A DNA stretch of 64,000 bases from Malacoraja senta (Eukaryota): assembly GCA_038087875.1 (NCBI GenBank), contig CM075993.1, positions 372,001-436,000 on the forward strand, read 5' to 3'. Every line of letters starts with the position of its first letter. Position 1 is the first letter of the stretch. The notes beneath the pieces are model-generated. The model saw only the letters and a program-made list of their open reading frames with translations. It did no database searches and was not told the origin of the DNA. Below, piece by piece: positions 1 to 12,700 of this stretch. The translations under genes were made by a program, and so were the position numbers.

Positions 1-275
1 GGGAAGCATGGCCCTACCAGGTTCAAACAGGTTCTGACTGGAATGGCTTTATTTTCAGTCTTTTCACTTTGCTGAAGTTAGAGGCCAGACCAAGTCCAAT
101 AATTGTACTTTTGCAGCTCCTTTTACTTTCAGCTTATTTCAACTTCACACATTTCAAGGGTATGATTAATTTCCATACACGAACAAAGGATGTATGTACT
201 CCAACATGTGAATTCAAGGACGGATTTCACGATGTTAAGGGTAGTTTACATTACCTAAATTGCCTCGTCACCTAG

Positions 276-580
276 GGGAGGCACAGTGGCATAGCAGTAG
301 AGTTGCTGCCTCACAGCGCCAGAGACCCGGGTTCCATCCTGATTACTGCCGCTGTCTGTACAGAGTTTGTACATTCTCCCCGTGACCGCAAGGGTTTTCT
401 CTGGGTGCTCAGGTTTCCTCCCACACTCCAAAGATGTACAGGTTTGTAGGTTCATTGGCTCCGGTAAAAATTGTAAATTATCCCTAGTGTGTAGGATAGT
501 GCTATTGTACCGGGATCGCTGATCGGTGTGGACTCTGTGGGCTGAAGGGCCTGTTTCCGCGCTGTATCTTTAAACTAAAA
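276..580 (+). mobile_element. HE1-like tRNA-derived V-SINE
   Basis: tRNA-like head (ggcacagtggc...gggttccatcc), central ggtttcctcccacactccaaag domain, LINE-like tail ending taaactaaa. Confidence 0.85.
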
Positions 581-691
581 CCTGTTAATACAGCAGCTCA
601 TGGTACATGGTTGGTGGGAACAAGTGGAAAGGAACATTCTAAAAAGCACAACAGTGTACATAATTTGACTTAAATTAAACTTCCATCATAC

Positions 692-792
692 CTTTCCCTC
701 TGATACCCAAACTAACTGGTTCTGTTGCTGCTGGACAGATTCTTTCAATGCCCCATACCAGCCATCATTCATTGAATTCAAATTGATGTTCG
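692..792 (-). CDS. TJP1: TJP1 exon 18 ([34 protein letters not shown])
   Basis: cag|CG...AAG|gtatga, 101 bp. Confidence 0.96.
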
Positions 793-3700
793 CTGTAAAA
801 AAAAGTCAGGAAAACTGTTATCACTTATTTCCCCCCCCAACAGCCTTTATTTGTGGTCGAAATGCCAGATTGCACAGACTTCCTACACAGCGAAACGTGA
901 GGTTGTGTGCTGAGAATCCGTGATGCAGTGGCACAAAGGTGAACAATGAACTTCCCCTCAGCATGCCCGGCATATCTTGCCCAATCAGCAGGAAACACCA
1001 GTGTACGGCCATCACACCCAAGCGCAGGGACTTAATCCCCACGTTCCACCGATAAACGGACACAGTAACACAATGCACAATTTACTCCAACACTTAAAAG
1101 TTGAACAACGGGCCATTGATAACTTTGGAAAGTTCAAACTGCTGGTCTCAGGATCCTGACTCACCCTGCATCCTGCAATATAACTGCAGGAACACAACAC
1201 AAACACAGCTCATAATTATTCTGGGGATCAGACAACTCTGGCAGAAGTAACAATGCTCTCACACAAACAGCATTGACAAAGATCTGCTTCTTTGGCGTGC
1301 AATGCTATGCAGTGACAATGCATCATCCCAAAGCGGCTGCTCTCCGATACCTACAATTTGATTTTGAGTATCGGACCTAGACAAAAATGCTGTAGAAACT
1401 CAGCGGGTGAGGCAGCATCTATGGAGTGAAGGAATAGGCGACGTATCGGACCCGTCTGTTCACGACCACTTCCCGTTTCTCATCCAAAACCACATGCTTG
1501 TGTCGACGTGCAGGCTCAGCACACCCATCTCCACCTCCCTCCAGACCTCTTCCACTGTCACAACAAGCAACCTACATTCAGTTGCTTTACCTCCAATTAC
1601 TGCAAAACTAACGTCTTCAATTTTGTCCACAAACTCCATCTTTTTCTCGTCAAACCTCAAACACTAAACACTGATGGGTATAAATTTGAGATTAAAAAAA
1701 AAATAATAGGGTGACAGTGGTAGAGTTGCTGTCTCACAGCGCCAGAGACCTGGGTTATATCCTGACTGCAGATGGTCTGTACAGAGTTTGTACATTCTCC
1801 CCGTGACCTCGTGGGTTTTCTCTGGGTGCTTTGGTTTCTTCCTACACTCCAAAGATGTACTGGTTTGTAGGTTAATTGGCGTCGGTAAAAATTGTAATTT
1901 GTCCCTAGTGTGTAGGATAGCGCAGAGTACGGAGTGATCGTTGGTCGGCACGGACTTGGTGGGTCGAAGGGCCAGTTTTCACAATGTATCTCCAAAGTAA
2001 AGACTCAACCAGACTATTTCTAATTGTAGTATTCTACTTTACCACATTTCATTGACCATACTCTCACCATTAACATCATCCATCTATGACCTGCGTGAAC
2101 AACGCGCTCCCGATCACCACCATGCAGCTCCCACTTTGCTCCATCAGGCAGAGTCCTGCCCAACACATTGCTGCTCGCTCAAAATTACACCACCCTTTTG
2201 CTTCTTACCACTTCTCAACTTGTAAACCATTTATGTCACATTTTTTACAATATTGCGTTGTCTAAAAGTAGCTACAATACTGTGGTCTAATTACTTGTTC
2301 CATGTTCAGGTTTGCATGTTATACTCACCCGTGAACAGATGATGATTGTTCTTGCGCAGTTTCAAGGCACGCTCAAACAGCTTGCGAGCACTCTTTCGAG
2401 ACTCGGGACAGAGTCTTTGTCGCATTGTTTTGACGCCTTGCTTGGAATCAGGGTTTAGAAATAGTACAATTGGGTACCACTGAGCATAATTCAACCGATC
2501 CACAGCATTTGGAGTAATGTCTAATACTGCATGCTTATCCTACAACAGCAAAAAGGCAATTGTAAATACAGAGGTCACTTCAGACTCGACAAGCGTAAAT
2601 TGGTCCATCAGCAACGTCAGAAAGGCATCTTACCCTGTCAATGACTTGTTTGATTGTGTGTAGCCGGATAATGCCCGAGCTGTGCTGATCAGTGCCGGCA
2701 TCTCTGGGCTCGCTCCCTGCGACATAACAGACCACCTTAGCCACTCAACATTTGAAGCAAAGCAAACATTTTGTCTCATTGCTAATTCACATTTTCCACG
2801 TTTCTTAGAATGTTGAAATAAGGAGATGCCGATGCTGGTTTAGAAAATAAAAGACAAAGTGTTGGAGTAACTCAGCGGGTTGGGCAGCATCTCTGGAGAA
2901 CATGGATAGGTTACGGTTCAGGCCAGGACCTTTCTTCAGACTGGACAGAAGAGTCCCGACTCAAAACCTCACCTATCCATGTTCTCCAGAGATGCTCTCT
3001 GATCTGCTGAGTTACTCCAGCATTGCATCTATCTTTGATTTAAACCAGCATCTGCAGTTCTTTCCTACACATGGATAGGCTGGGCTTGTTTCCACTGTAA
3101 CAAAGTAGACTGAGGGATAACCTGATAGAAGTATACAGGATTATAAGAGGCATGGTTGTGGCATCAAAAGCAAGAATACAGGCAGAGAGTGTGGTGTAGA
3201 TGGGCAAAAAGATGGCATGGATGTGGTGGGCTGGGCTGCAGAGCTCTCACTTTGTTGCTGCCATCTGTCACCTGGGAAGAGAATTGCTCCGTGGCATCAG
3301 ATGACATCCAGAGTCACTGCAGTGGCATCTCCTGGACAGTGCTCCTGCCCAGCCATGACACAGAAACAGAGCGGGAGGTGGAGAAAGCTGAAACTTACTT
3401 GCAATTTCATACAGGTTTGGCTCCTCTCGGGCAAGCTTCTCCCGAGCAATGTCAGCAAGGGATCCAAAGATGACCACTGGCCGCAGGAACCCAGCTTTAA
3501 GACAAACAAATTAATGTCAACATAAAGTAAATCAGCAGTTACGACACGTTTGGACAATTCATGCTGTGGGTCAAATCCTGAGCACAAATGATGAAGACAG
3601 GCGATGGCAGGAGCAGGTAATGTGGGGCTCATCCAATATTATTGACTTTACACCAAAAAGACCAGGGGCAGTTAATGACAATTAAACCAAAGATGCACGG

Positions 3701-6700
3701 ATACACATCAGGAACTATGTAGAACACTGAGTGCTGCATCTCATCAATTCCACAGTAGGCAGGCCTTCAAGTGCATTCACATCAATAATTTTAGCAGTAG
3801 TTTCTGCATGTTTATAACATATTTGCATTATTACATGAACTCTTGGCCTGTCCCTGGTTGAGTGACAAGCAGGGTGCAAATGCCAGCATCCAGGCCGTGC
3901 ATGAACCCTTGGCCTGTCGCTGGCTGAGTGACAAGCAGGGTACCAGTGTCAGCATCCTGGCCGTGTTACTGCTGGAACACACACCAGCTCTTCCTGCCTG
4001 GCCAAGGTGATTGGACAATATAGAAACCCCCCTCACAACAATGAGATCAGCTTTCTGCAGAGTGCCCCCCCTCCCCCGTGTCAACTGACAAAATGACCAA
4101 CTATAGACAGGAACAGGAACGTTCGATGTCGAGCAATCTTCACACACTGGCTTCACAAAGTTGCCTCTGCACAGGTTAGACTGCCCTCTGTCCCCACCAG
4201 GCACGGACTGTGAACCGAGACCACGCTCTGCTCCCACACCCCCCCTCTGCCCCCACACTGGGCATGGACTATGAACCGAGACCACCCTCAGTTCCCACGC
4301 CCTCGCTCGGCACTGACTCATGTTAATCCAATAAAGTAAATGCCTCAGTAGCGACAGTTCCACATGCTCAAGGGGAATATGTGCCCCGCTCCCAAGAGCA
4401 TGACCTGTATATTATTTGCAGTTTCAGATGATCTTTCCAAGCACTATGTGATGACAGAATGCGAGGCCAGGGCAGGGAGACAACAACTTTGCTTTGCATG
4501 AAGGCTCATTTTCAAGGTGTGTCTACTTTTGTCAATACCTTCTCGAAGGACGACCCTCTCATAAGCTGGAAACTTAGTGTGAACTGGCTGAGCTGAAAGG
4601 TCTTCCCTGCTTTTCCTCAGGTTTCTCTTTGAGGTGCGAAGTCCACGGAAGCGCCAGAAGTCAGCACGATCGCCACCGGCCGTTTTTGGAAGTGTGTACT
4701 GCACGCTGGATAACTGCTCGGCTCTGAGTACAACCACAGACAGATTTCAACATCAACCAGTGACCACATCAAGAAACTACATCATGCTGCACTTTTTCCT
4801 TAAGAAAGATTCTAGCTAAAAGTTAAGATTTTCTTAAGGCAAATTTCTAATATTCAGGCTATTGTTTTCAGGAGAATCAGAAGCAGAGCACAGCTGGAAA
4901 TATATCTTGCAACAGCTATGTTCTCAATTTAGATTGCAGAGTGGCTCGTGTCTAAACATTTCAGCAGGACTGGAAAATCAGTGTTCGATTGAGCAATCAT
5001 TTATCCAAACCCTACAGAGCTTATCACAAAATAATAAAGTGCTACTGAGTGGAAGTTCTTCACGCACCTGTTTCTGTTTGGGATGATGCCCCTTTCCACC
5101 TCCTTGTGGTTTTTGCCGATTCGGATGGCGAGCCAGGAACCTAGCTTCCCGTTGTAGAGCGTGTCCACCACACGGAACACCTCACCGCGGTTAAAGCTCA
5201 GGCCGTAGGGAGATTCCTTCTCATAGTCAAAATGAGTCCGGATGTAGAAAGAATCGCCCACATCAGATTCCACAATACGTCGATAGACTGGAATAGGAAA
5301 TATTTTACGATGAATATAAAGGACCCTGCTGTATTAAAGGTTAGGGCTAGACTGCAAATACAAGACTAATAATAGAAACCATAATTCATTGAAACTCTGC
5401 AGCCTGCCAACACATTCATCAAAATGATAGTTTCTATCCATCGTCGACAGGAATAAAAATATTAAATGCTGGAAATACTCAGCAGGTCAGACAGCATCTG
5501 TAGAGAGAGAGACCAAATTAATGTTTCAGATCAATGGCTTTTCATCAGAACATGAATTACTTTTTCTCTCCACAAATGTTGATGATCGAATGCGAGGTAT
5601 TTGCAGCATTTTCTGATTTCATATTTTCACCGTTAACAGCTCTTCTCTTTGTAAAGATCTGCAAATCCCTCTTGACAAACGACTACATCTCTGGATACTG
5701 AGCTACCTTAGCTTATACTGAGCTTGTGACTACAGTCGAGCAGCTCACCATCTTTCTTTTGCTGTGCCAGGATGGTAACCTCCTCGCCTTTTGGAAGGTC
5801 AAGCAGAAACAGCACTGCCTCCTCCCGGATGATGTTTGCAAAGTCCACATTGTTGACCTGTGTGGTGACAGGCAGGTTAGTTACACAGTAGTACATACTC
5901 AGACTGGCTCCACTAACCAACAAATGTTGCTGTTCCATTTTGCAGAACACAACAAGCATAAGTTGGATGTGTCAGCATCCTTCAACTACATTTAGGAATT
6001 CCACCAAGAACATTACATTTTCTATTCTTATTCTCAGTAATATAATTGAAACTTTAGATATGATGACAAATGGAAGTTAGTTTCCATGGTTATTTTCTTT
6101 GACTTTACTGAAAGGTGTTGCACTGCTGGCTTTCATAAGATGCATCACAAAATACACTGGCATGTCAAAGTTTACTCTGATGAAATATTATATCCTCAAG
6201 TGCACGTTGAGTCACATTTGGGTCAATCAAACAATCATTGCCAACACGGCCTCACCCTGAGGATCTGATCTCCTTCCTCGAGACCTTCTTTGGCCGCGGG
6301 ACTATCCTCCAAAACTCCGGCCACAAATATTCCCACGTCATTCCCACCTGCCAGACGGAGTCCAACACTTTCACCCTTCTTAAACTTAACCAGCTTCATA
6401 CTTGGCCTGAAAAAGATTACATAGTAAAAACATAGCAGTGAAGTTAATTCTCCACCCACAAAACACACACACACACATTTGTTTACAGAACATGGGATGA
6501 TCCTGGTGGCCTTTCACTATGTTCACTCCTTCCCAGAAATCTAACAATTAATCATCAACCTCCTCACATAACTTGTTTGTCTCAAAATTAATCGGGAGAA
6601 TCTGGTATTCAAATTCCTGCTATCGTTTAGTGCCCTGAATAGAATGCAATCGATCCTCACCCAATTCCAAATAACGTTCCAATTATTTTTCTATCCAAAT

Positions 6701-9700
6701 AAAAGGCAAAAAGAACCAAATCCAGGCCCTGAATTCAAGTTAAACGTTGACAGCTTTTCTTCCAGAAGTCCTTTCTGCCTTCAGATTATATTTTCTGTAA
6801 CCTTTCTACAGCACAGATAAAGGCCAATCACTAACTGCGCCATGTCAGTGTTAACTCTCCACACAAGAACATCCGTACATGGTCCCTGCAAAAGTTTACA
6901 TCCATCACCCTCCCAAATCCATCAAGGCTTCCCACATAAACCAATGCTGTTGGCTTCAACAAATGCATCCCGCAGAACATGGATACAATTAACACTCACA
7001 TGGAGTGGTCTCGATCTCTTTCTTTCCAACGTTGGCATTCATTTAGAAAAATGCACAACCAGAACATTCATTTCCAATACCTACCCAGTGCACAAAGCCA
7101 AGCTATTGATTCATTTTGGATATTTGAATGCCAAGTACATCCCATAGATGCAATCACCCAGATAATATAATTATATAAACGCTCTGTTCTATAAAGGCAA
7201 CATACTGGGGAAGCAAAGTTTGAATTTAAATCGTAGTCATTGGAGTCAAGATCAGTCATAATTCATTGCAGATTGAAGCATAAGACATAAAATGTCTATG
7301 AACCAATAAAGTTAATGCAACTTAGCAGAATTACCTCAGCATCCCATCATCGTGAGTTGAGTTTGGAATAGGTGCATCGGACGGACTGACTGGTAAATCT
7401 ACATCGGGCTGCCCAGGCTGAGCGTACACTGGCTTCGGCTCTGCAGAAACAGACAAGTTAGATGCCACTTGGAAAATAACTTCATTATAAATTATAAATT
7501 ATAAACTTCACTCTGACTGGGCTCTCATAGGTTGATCAATTGCACTCCTATTTTAAAGGGGAACAACTAGTATAACTACGTGCATTTGGAAACATGCGGT
7601 GAATGTTTCTCAATATATATCTACCGCAAAGGAAATGTAACTTTATAACAGTAAAGACAGTCCAAATTCAGGAACAGTTTCTTCCCTGCTGTTATCAGGC
7701 AATTGAACCATCCTATCACCAACTAGAGAACAGTCCGGACCTCCCATCTACCTCACTATAGAGACCTTGGAACCATCTTTAATCGGACCTAATCTTGTAC
7801 TAAACGTCATTCCTTTACCCTGTATCTGTACACTGTGGATCTTGTACTAAACGTCATTATCCTGTGTCTGTACACTGTGGACAGCTTGATTGTAATCATG
7901 TATAGTCTTTTCGCTGACTGGATAGCAATCAACAAAAAAGCTTTTCATTGCACCTTGGTACACGTGACAATAACTATAAACTAAACTAATTTAAAGCTTG
8001 TGCCAGAATGCACACGTTAGAGTCACTGAGTTAAAGATACACAACGCAAGGCCCATCAATTCTGTACAAAACACCCATTTACACAAATCCAACATTAATC
8101 AATTTTTTAGTTTTGGTTATATTAGTTGTACATGCCAAACCTACGAATGGAATCCTTCCCAACAAAAATGCCCTTGAAAAAGTACCGCTTCTAAATCAAT
8201 AATCGTCATGAGCAGACCTGGCAATGGAGGAGCTTGCTTCTCTGTTCCCTCCTCAACAACTGCAGAAACGGGCTCTTCAACAACTTTAACTGCCTCGTCC
8301 GTGTTCTTCACTGGTGTTGAGACTGCTTCTGGTTTGGGTCCTCTGATCACATCATCTTCACGGGACCTCTGACTGAGAAGTGAACACAGAATTTGCCACG
8401 GTTTAACAGTTATTTTATTCCTGCTCCAGCAACAAAATCCCTGCATGGTGTACTCACTAACCATTTGCTTGGGTTGCCAAAGCACAGCAACAGTGCACAC
8501 TTGGTGAATCTCCCAGCTTCACAACACTGTTCTGCCATAGGCACAATGATTAAATTAGTCACACATTGAAATGCCTTGCAGTGCAACACTTGAAGCATAG
8601 CTGCTACTGTAATTTAGACTAATGTTTAGCCAGGCCCTACAAGTACTGGTCAAAAACATCAGTCCTGCGCACTGACGTTTCAGACTCGGTGACTAACCTC
8701 CTCCAGATATTCCGTTCTCTCTCCCATTCAACAATTCCCCCTCAGGAAGCTCTGGTTTACTTTATCGCTCCATTCTCTTCTTCATGGAGCTGCCCTTTCC
8801 CATCTGATTCACCTCCCTCAATGGCCCCAGATACTTGCAGAAAAGCAAAACACTACAGATTATAGAAATTAAGAAACAAAATGCTGGAAACTCAGATCAG
8901 GCAGCATCTGTGGGGAGACACAGGTAACATTTTATGTTGAAGGCTTTTCATCGTTTCAAAATGTGTTTTAAATTGCAGACTACGGAGGGTGAAGCACAAA
9001 GAACAAAATACAGCAACCCTACTCACCCATATATAATGGTTGCAATGTGAACCTACAAAATATACCACATCTACTTGCCTACGGTATCAGTGAGGAGCTC
9101 CTTCACGCTGCATACTGCCTCTTATGGAAGTACACTCGGTCCCTAATGGCTGTGGTTAAATCATCAACTTCTCTGCAACAGGACTGTGAGTGTCCCTTCA
9201 CTAGAAGGAAGATAGTGAGTGAAGAACCAGCTCACAATCAATTTCTTCAGGACTATTGAAAATGGACAAGTATTGGTCTTAGTGGCAAAGGCCAAATCCC
9301 AAGAAACGATTGTGTGAGCTGGAGCATCCAACCAGTTCAGCGTTATCAGCACATTACTCAGTCACCAGCCTTCCATTCTATCACAGATTGCCCTTAAACT
9401 CGCCACTGTGAAAGACAGAGTGCAGTGAAACCGTTGGCACTTCCACCACCAACAACCACTCCTGGTCGTGCCACTTCCGCTTGCAGCATCTGCTCTTTTA
9501 TCAGGGATACTGTCCCTGTAATGTATTTGCATGTCTTCCAATTTATAAACAACTCTGCAGAACATCTTCATTTATTCTGAGCTTCCAGTTGCCGCCACGC
9601 TCACTCGCACCTTCCCAGATTGTTCTTCCAACACCCAACATTAACAGAGGGCACCTCATCCTCTGTCCCGGCACCTTTTATCCTTCAGGAGTCAAGAATG

Positions 9701-12700
9701 AATGCAACAACCTTGGATAGCTTGCTTTTCTGTTTATATCAGAATGGTTTATGCAGTTCTCCTTATGGGCAGTTAATCTTTAGTAGCCACAGGTAAGGTG
9801 CCAGAAGACTGGAGGATAGCTAATGACGTTCCTTTATTGAAGGGAGCAGGGATAAGCTGGGAAACTACAGCGGGTGAGTTTTATTCCAGTGGAAAGAAAA
9901 TTACTGGAGAAAGTCTCAAGGATAGCATTTAGAGTCGGACAGCATAGAATCAGACCCTTTGGCCCAATCTGCCCATGCCAGCCAAGGTGCCCCATCCACC
10001 CAATCTACACACGTCCCAACAGCATGCCTTTGGCCAATAACCTTCTAAACCGTGCCTATATATATTCATTTGTAAAGGCAGGGACTAATTATAGAGAATC
10101 AGCATGGATTAGTGCAGGAAAATCCTGTAAACTAGTCTAGAAGATTCAAGCATATAGATTCCATGGCAAGCTGGTTAATTTGGGCGACACAGTGGTAGAG
10201 TTCGATCCTGACTATGGGCACTGTCTGTTAGAGTTTGTACATTCTCCCTGTGACAGCATTGGATTTTCTCTGGGTGCTCCGGTTTCCTCCCACATTCCAA
10301 AGACGGGTTAATTGGCTTCTGTAAATTGTCCCTAATGCGTAGGATATAACTCGTGTACGGGTGATTGTTGATCGACACGGACTCAGTGCACCAAAGTGTT
10401 TCCACGCTGTATCTCTACACTAAACTAAATTGTATCCAAGATTGGCTTGAAAGGAGGCAGCAGATAGTGGTAGAAGGGTGCTGTTTCTGAATGGAGGCTA
10501 GGATCTTTCTTATTTGGTTATTATTAAGATTATGCATTTTGGGAAGTCAGACATATACAGAACATGTACAGTAAATGGTCAGGCATTAAACATCATTGAT
10601 TAATGGAGACCTTGGGGGCCGTCCACCGTTCCCTGAAAATGGCAACACAGGTAGGTAGGGTGGTGAAGGGAGCATATGTCATCTTGCCTTCATAGGTAGA
10701 TGCAGAGAATATGGCTTGGGAACTCATGGCGCAACTTTACAAGAACTAAGTAGGCCGCAATTGGAGTATTGTGTGCAATTCTGGTTGCCACACGATGGGA
10801 GACATGAGCAAAACACAATGCACTGAAGGAACTCAGTGGGTCAGGCAGCATCTGTTGAGCAAATGGATTGATGGCTTTTGGGTTGGGACCCTTCTTCCAA
10901 CTGAGGAAAGATGTGCCTGTGATGGATGGAGTGCAGAGGAGAGGAGATTCACCAGGATGTTGCCTGGAGTGCAGAGGAGATTCACCAGGATGCTGCCTGG
11001 AGTGCAGAGGAGAGGAGATTCTCCAGGATGCTGCCTGGAGTGCAGAGGAGATTCACCAGGATGTTGCCTGGAGTGCAGAGGAGATTCACCAGGATGCTGC
11101 CTGGAGTGCAGAGGAGATTCACCAGGATGCTGCCTGGAGTGCAGAGGAGATTCACCAGGATGCTGCCTGCAGCCGAGGGCTTGTTATGGTGGGAGGTGGA
11201 TAAGCTGGTCTTGTTTTTCCTGGAGCAAAGGAGGCTAGGCAGTGACCTAATGGAAATATGTAAGATTATGAGAGACACAGATACTTAAATTCATTGTCCC
11301 ATGGTAGGGTACCAGAAAAAAAGGAAAGTAGGTTTAAGTGAGAGGGAGAAATGTTAAAGGAGATCTAAGGGTTTAATTTTTATAAAGAGTGTTTGATGTC
11401 ATCAGAGGGAATGATGGAATCAAATATTATTACGATGCCTCGTTATGACAATCAGACAGACTATTAAATAGGCATTGAAGGTATGGTCCAAATGGGATTT
11501 GTGTAGATGGGTAAATGGGTGGACATAGTCCAGAGATGGTTCACAGTCCTCTCTGACCTCATCCACCTTACTTTCCAGCTTCTGCAGTTCATTCCCAGCC
11601 AATCAGTTGGATTAATTCACAACAAACACAAAATAGTTCATATTACAGAGAATCTAATGAAAGCTAAAGATTAGATGTTCCTAATAAGTCATTCGGACAA
11701 CATTACTTCAATAGAATGGGAAGCAAAAGATAGTGCCACTTTCAAGATTAGTTTAGTTTTGTCAACATAACACTGTGCCAGAAAATAATTGGTGTTTATG
11801 AATCAGTGGTTCCTGAAAAGGGACATAAGTGTTGCAAAGCCAGCAAGAACTAACTGCATTAAAGAGGCTGCCTGCAAATAAGAGTGTTTTGCCAGATGTT
11901 GATCAGTAATATTTCTGACCAGAAGGTGGAGCCGTTCCCTCAATACACACAGATGAACTGAGGAACTTTTAACTTTATCGTCGTACAGCACGGAAACAGG
12001 CTGTTCGGCCCACCTTCTCCATGCCATCCGAGACACCTACCTTACCAAGACCTATCTGCATTTAGTTCATATTTCTTTAAAACGTTCCTATTCAGGTACC
12101 AATGCGAATGTCTTAAATATCCACGTGGATCTATGTGGAAAATATGATCCCTAGATCAATTTTATATTTGTTTAAGAAGGAACTGCAGATGCTGGAAAAT
12201 CGAAGGTAAACAAAAATGCTGGAGAAACTCAGCGGGTGCAGCAGCATCTATGGAGCGAAGGAACCAGTCTGAAGAAGGGTTTCGGCCCAAAACGTTGCCT
12301 ATTTCCTTTGCTCCATAGATGCTGCCTCACCGCTGAGTTTCTCCAGCATTTTTGTCTACATTCAATTTTATATTTGTCCCTTTACAATCTGACCCCTTAG
12401 GTTTTAGACTCCCTTGTCATGGGAAAAGGACAGCAACACAACCCAACCCCCCCCCCCCCCCCCCCCCCTCTCCGTCTCTGCCTCTCATAATTATACAAAC
12501 CTCGACAACTCACCCCTCAGCTTCCTTTGCTCCAGGGAAAACTGCCTCAGTCAATCTAATTTCTCCTTAATCAAGCCCTCGGGTCTGGGCAACATTCCTG
12601 TGAATCCTTGAACCCCCTTTAGCTCAATCCCAGCCATCCTATAAAGCAGCGACCAGAACTACACAGAGCACTCCAAGCCTGGCCCAACCAATCAGCCACT

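Larger units (their letters stand above)
9775..11530 (+). mobile_element. Degenerate CR1/HER1 LINE ORF2 with nested SINEs and a derived minisatellite
   Basis: Remnant motifs [43 protein letters not shown]. Confidence 0.75.

Noticed and set aside
276-350. tRNA-like sequence at SINE heads
   Set aside because: Degenerate pol III heads fused to SINE bodies; no complete cloverleaf.
3812-4363. 183-aa minus-strand ORF in intron 14
   Set aside because: No recognisable domain, it includes the 66-bp duplication, and exons 14 and 15 join in frame without it.
10771-11288. Overlapping repetitive ORFs ([11 protein letters not shown] / [11 protein letters not shown] / [11 protein letters not shown]), including RGD-like motifs
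   Set aside because: These are three reading frames of a stop-free 33-bp CR1-derived repeat inside a TJP1 intron, not a protein gene.
11568-11584. Possible micro-exon (cag|AAGCTGGAAA|gtaagg) in intron 8
   Set aside because: 10 nt would shift the frame, and there is no good polypyrimidine tract.
12447-12468. Long poly-C/poly-G tracts (also ~22431, ~35492, ~40014, ~41486, ~50522)
   Set aside because: Simple homopolymers, mostly within decayed repeats; their lengths are unreliable in assemblies.
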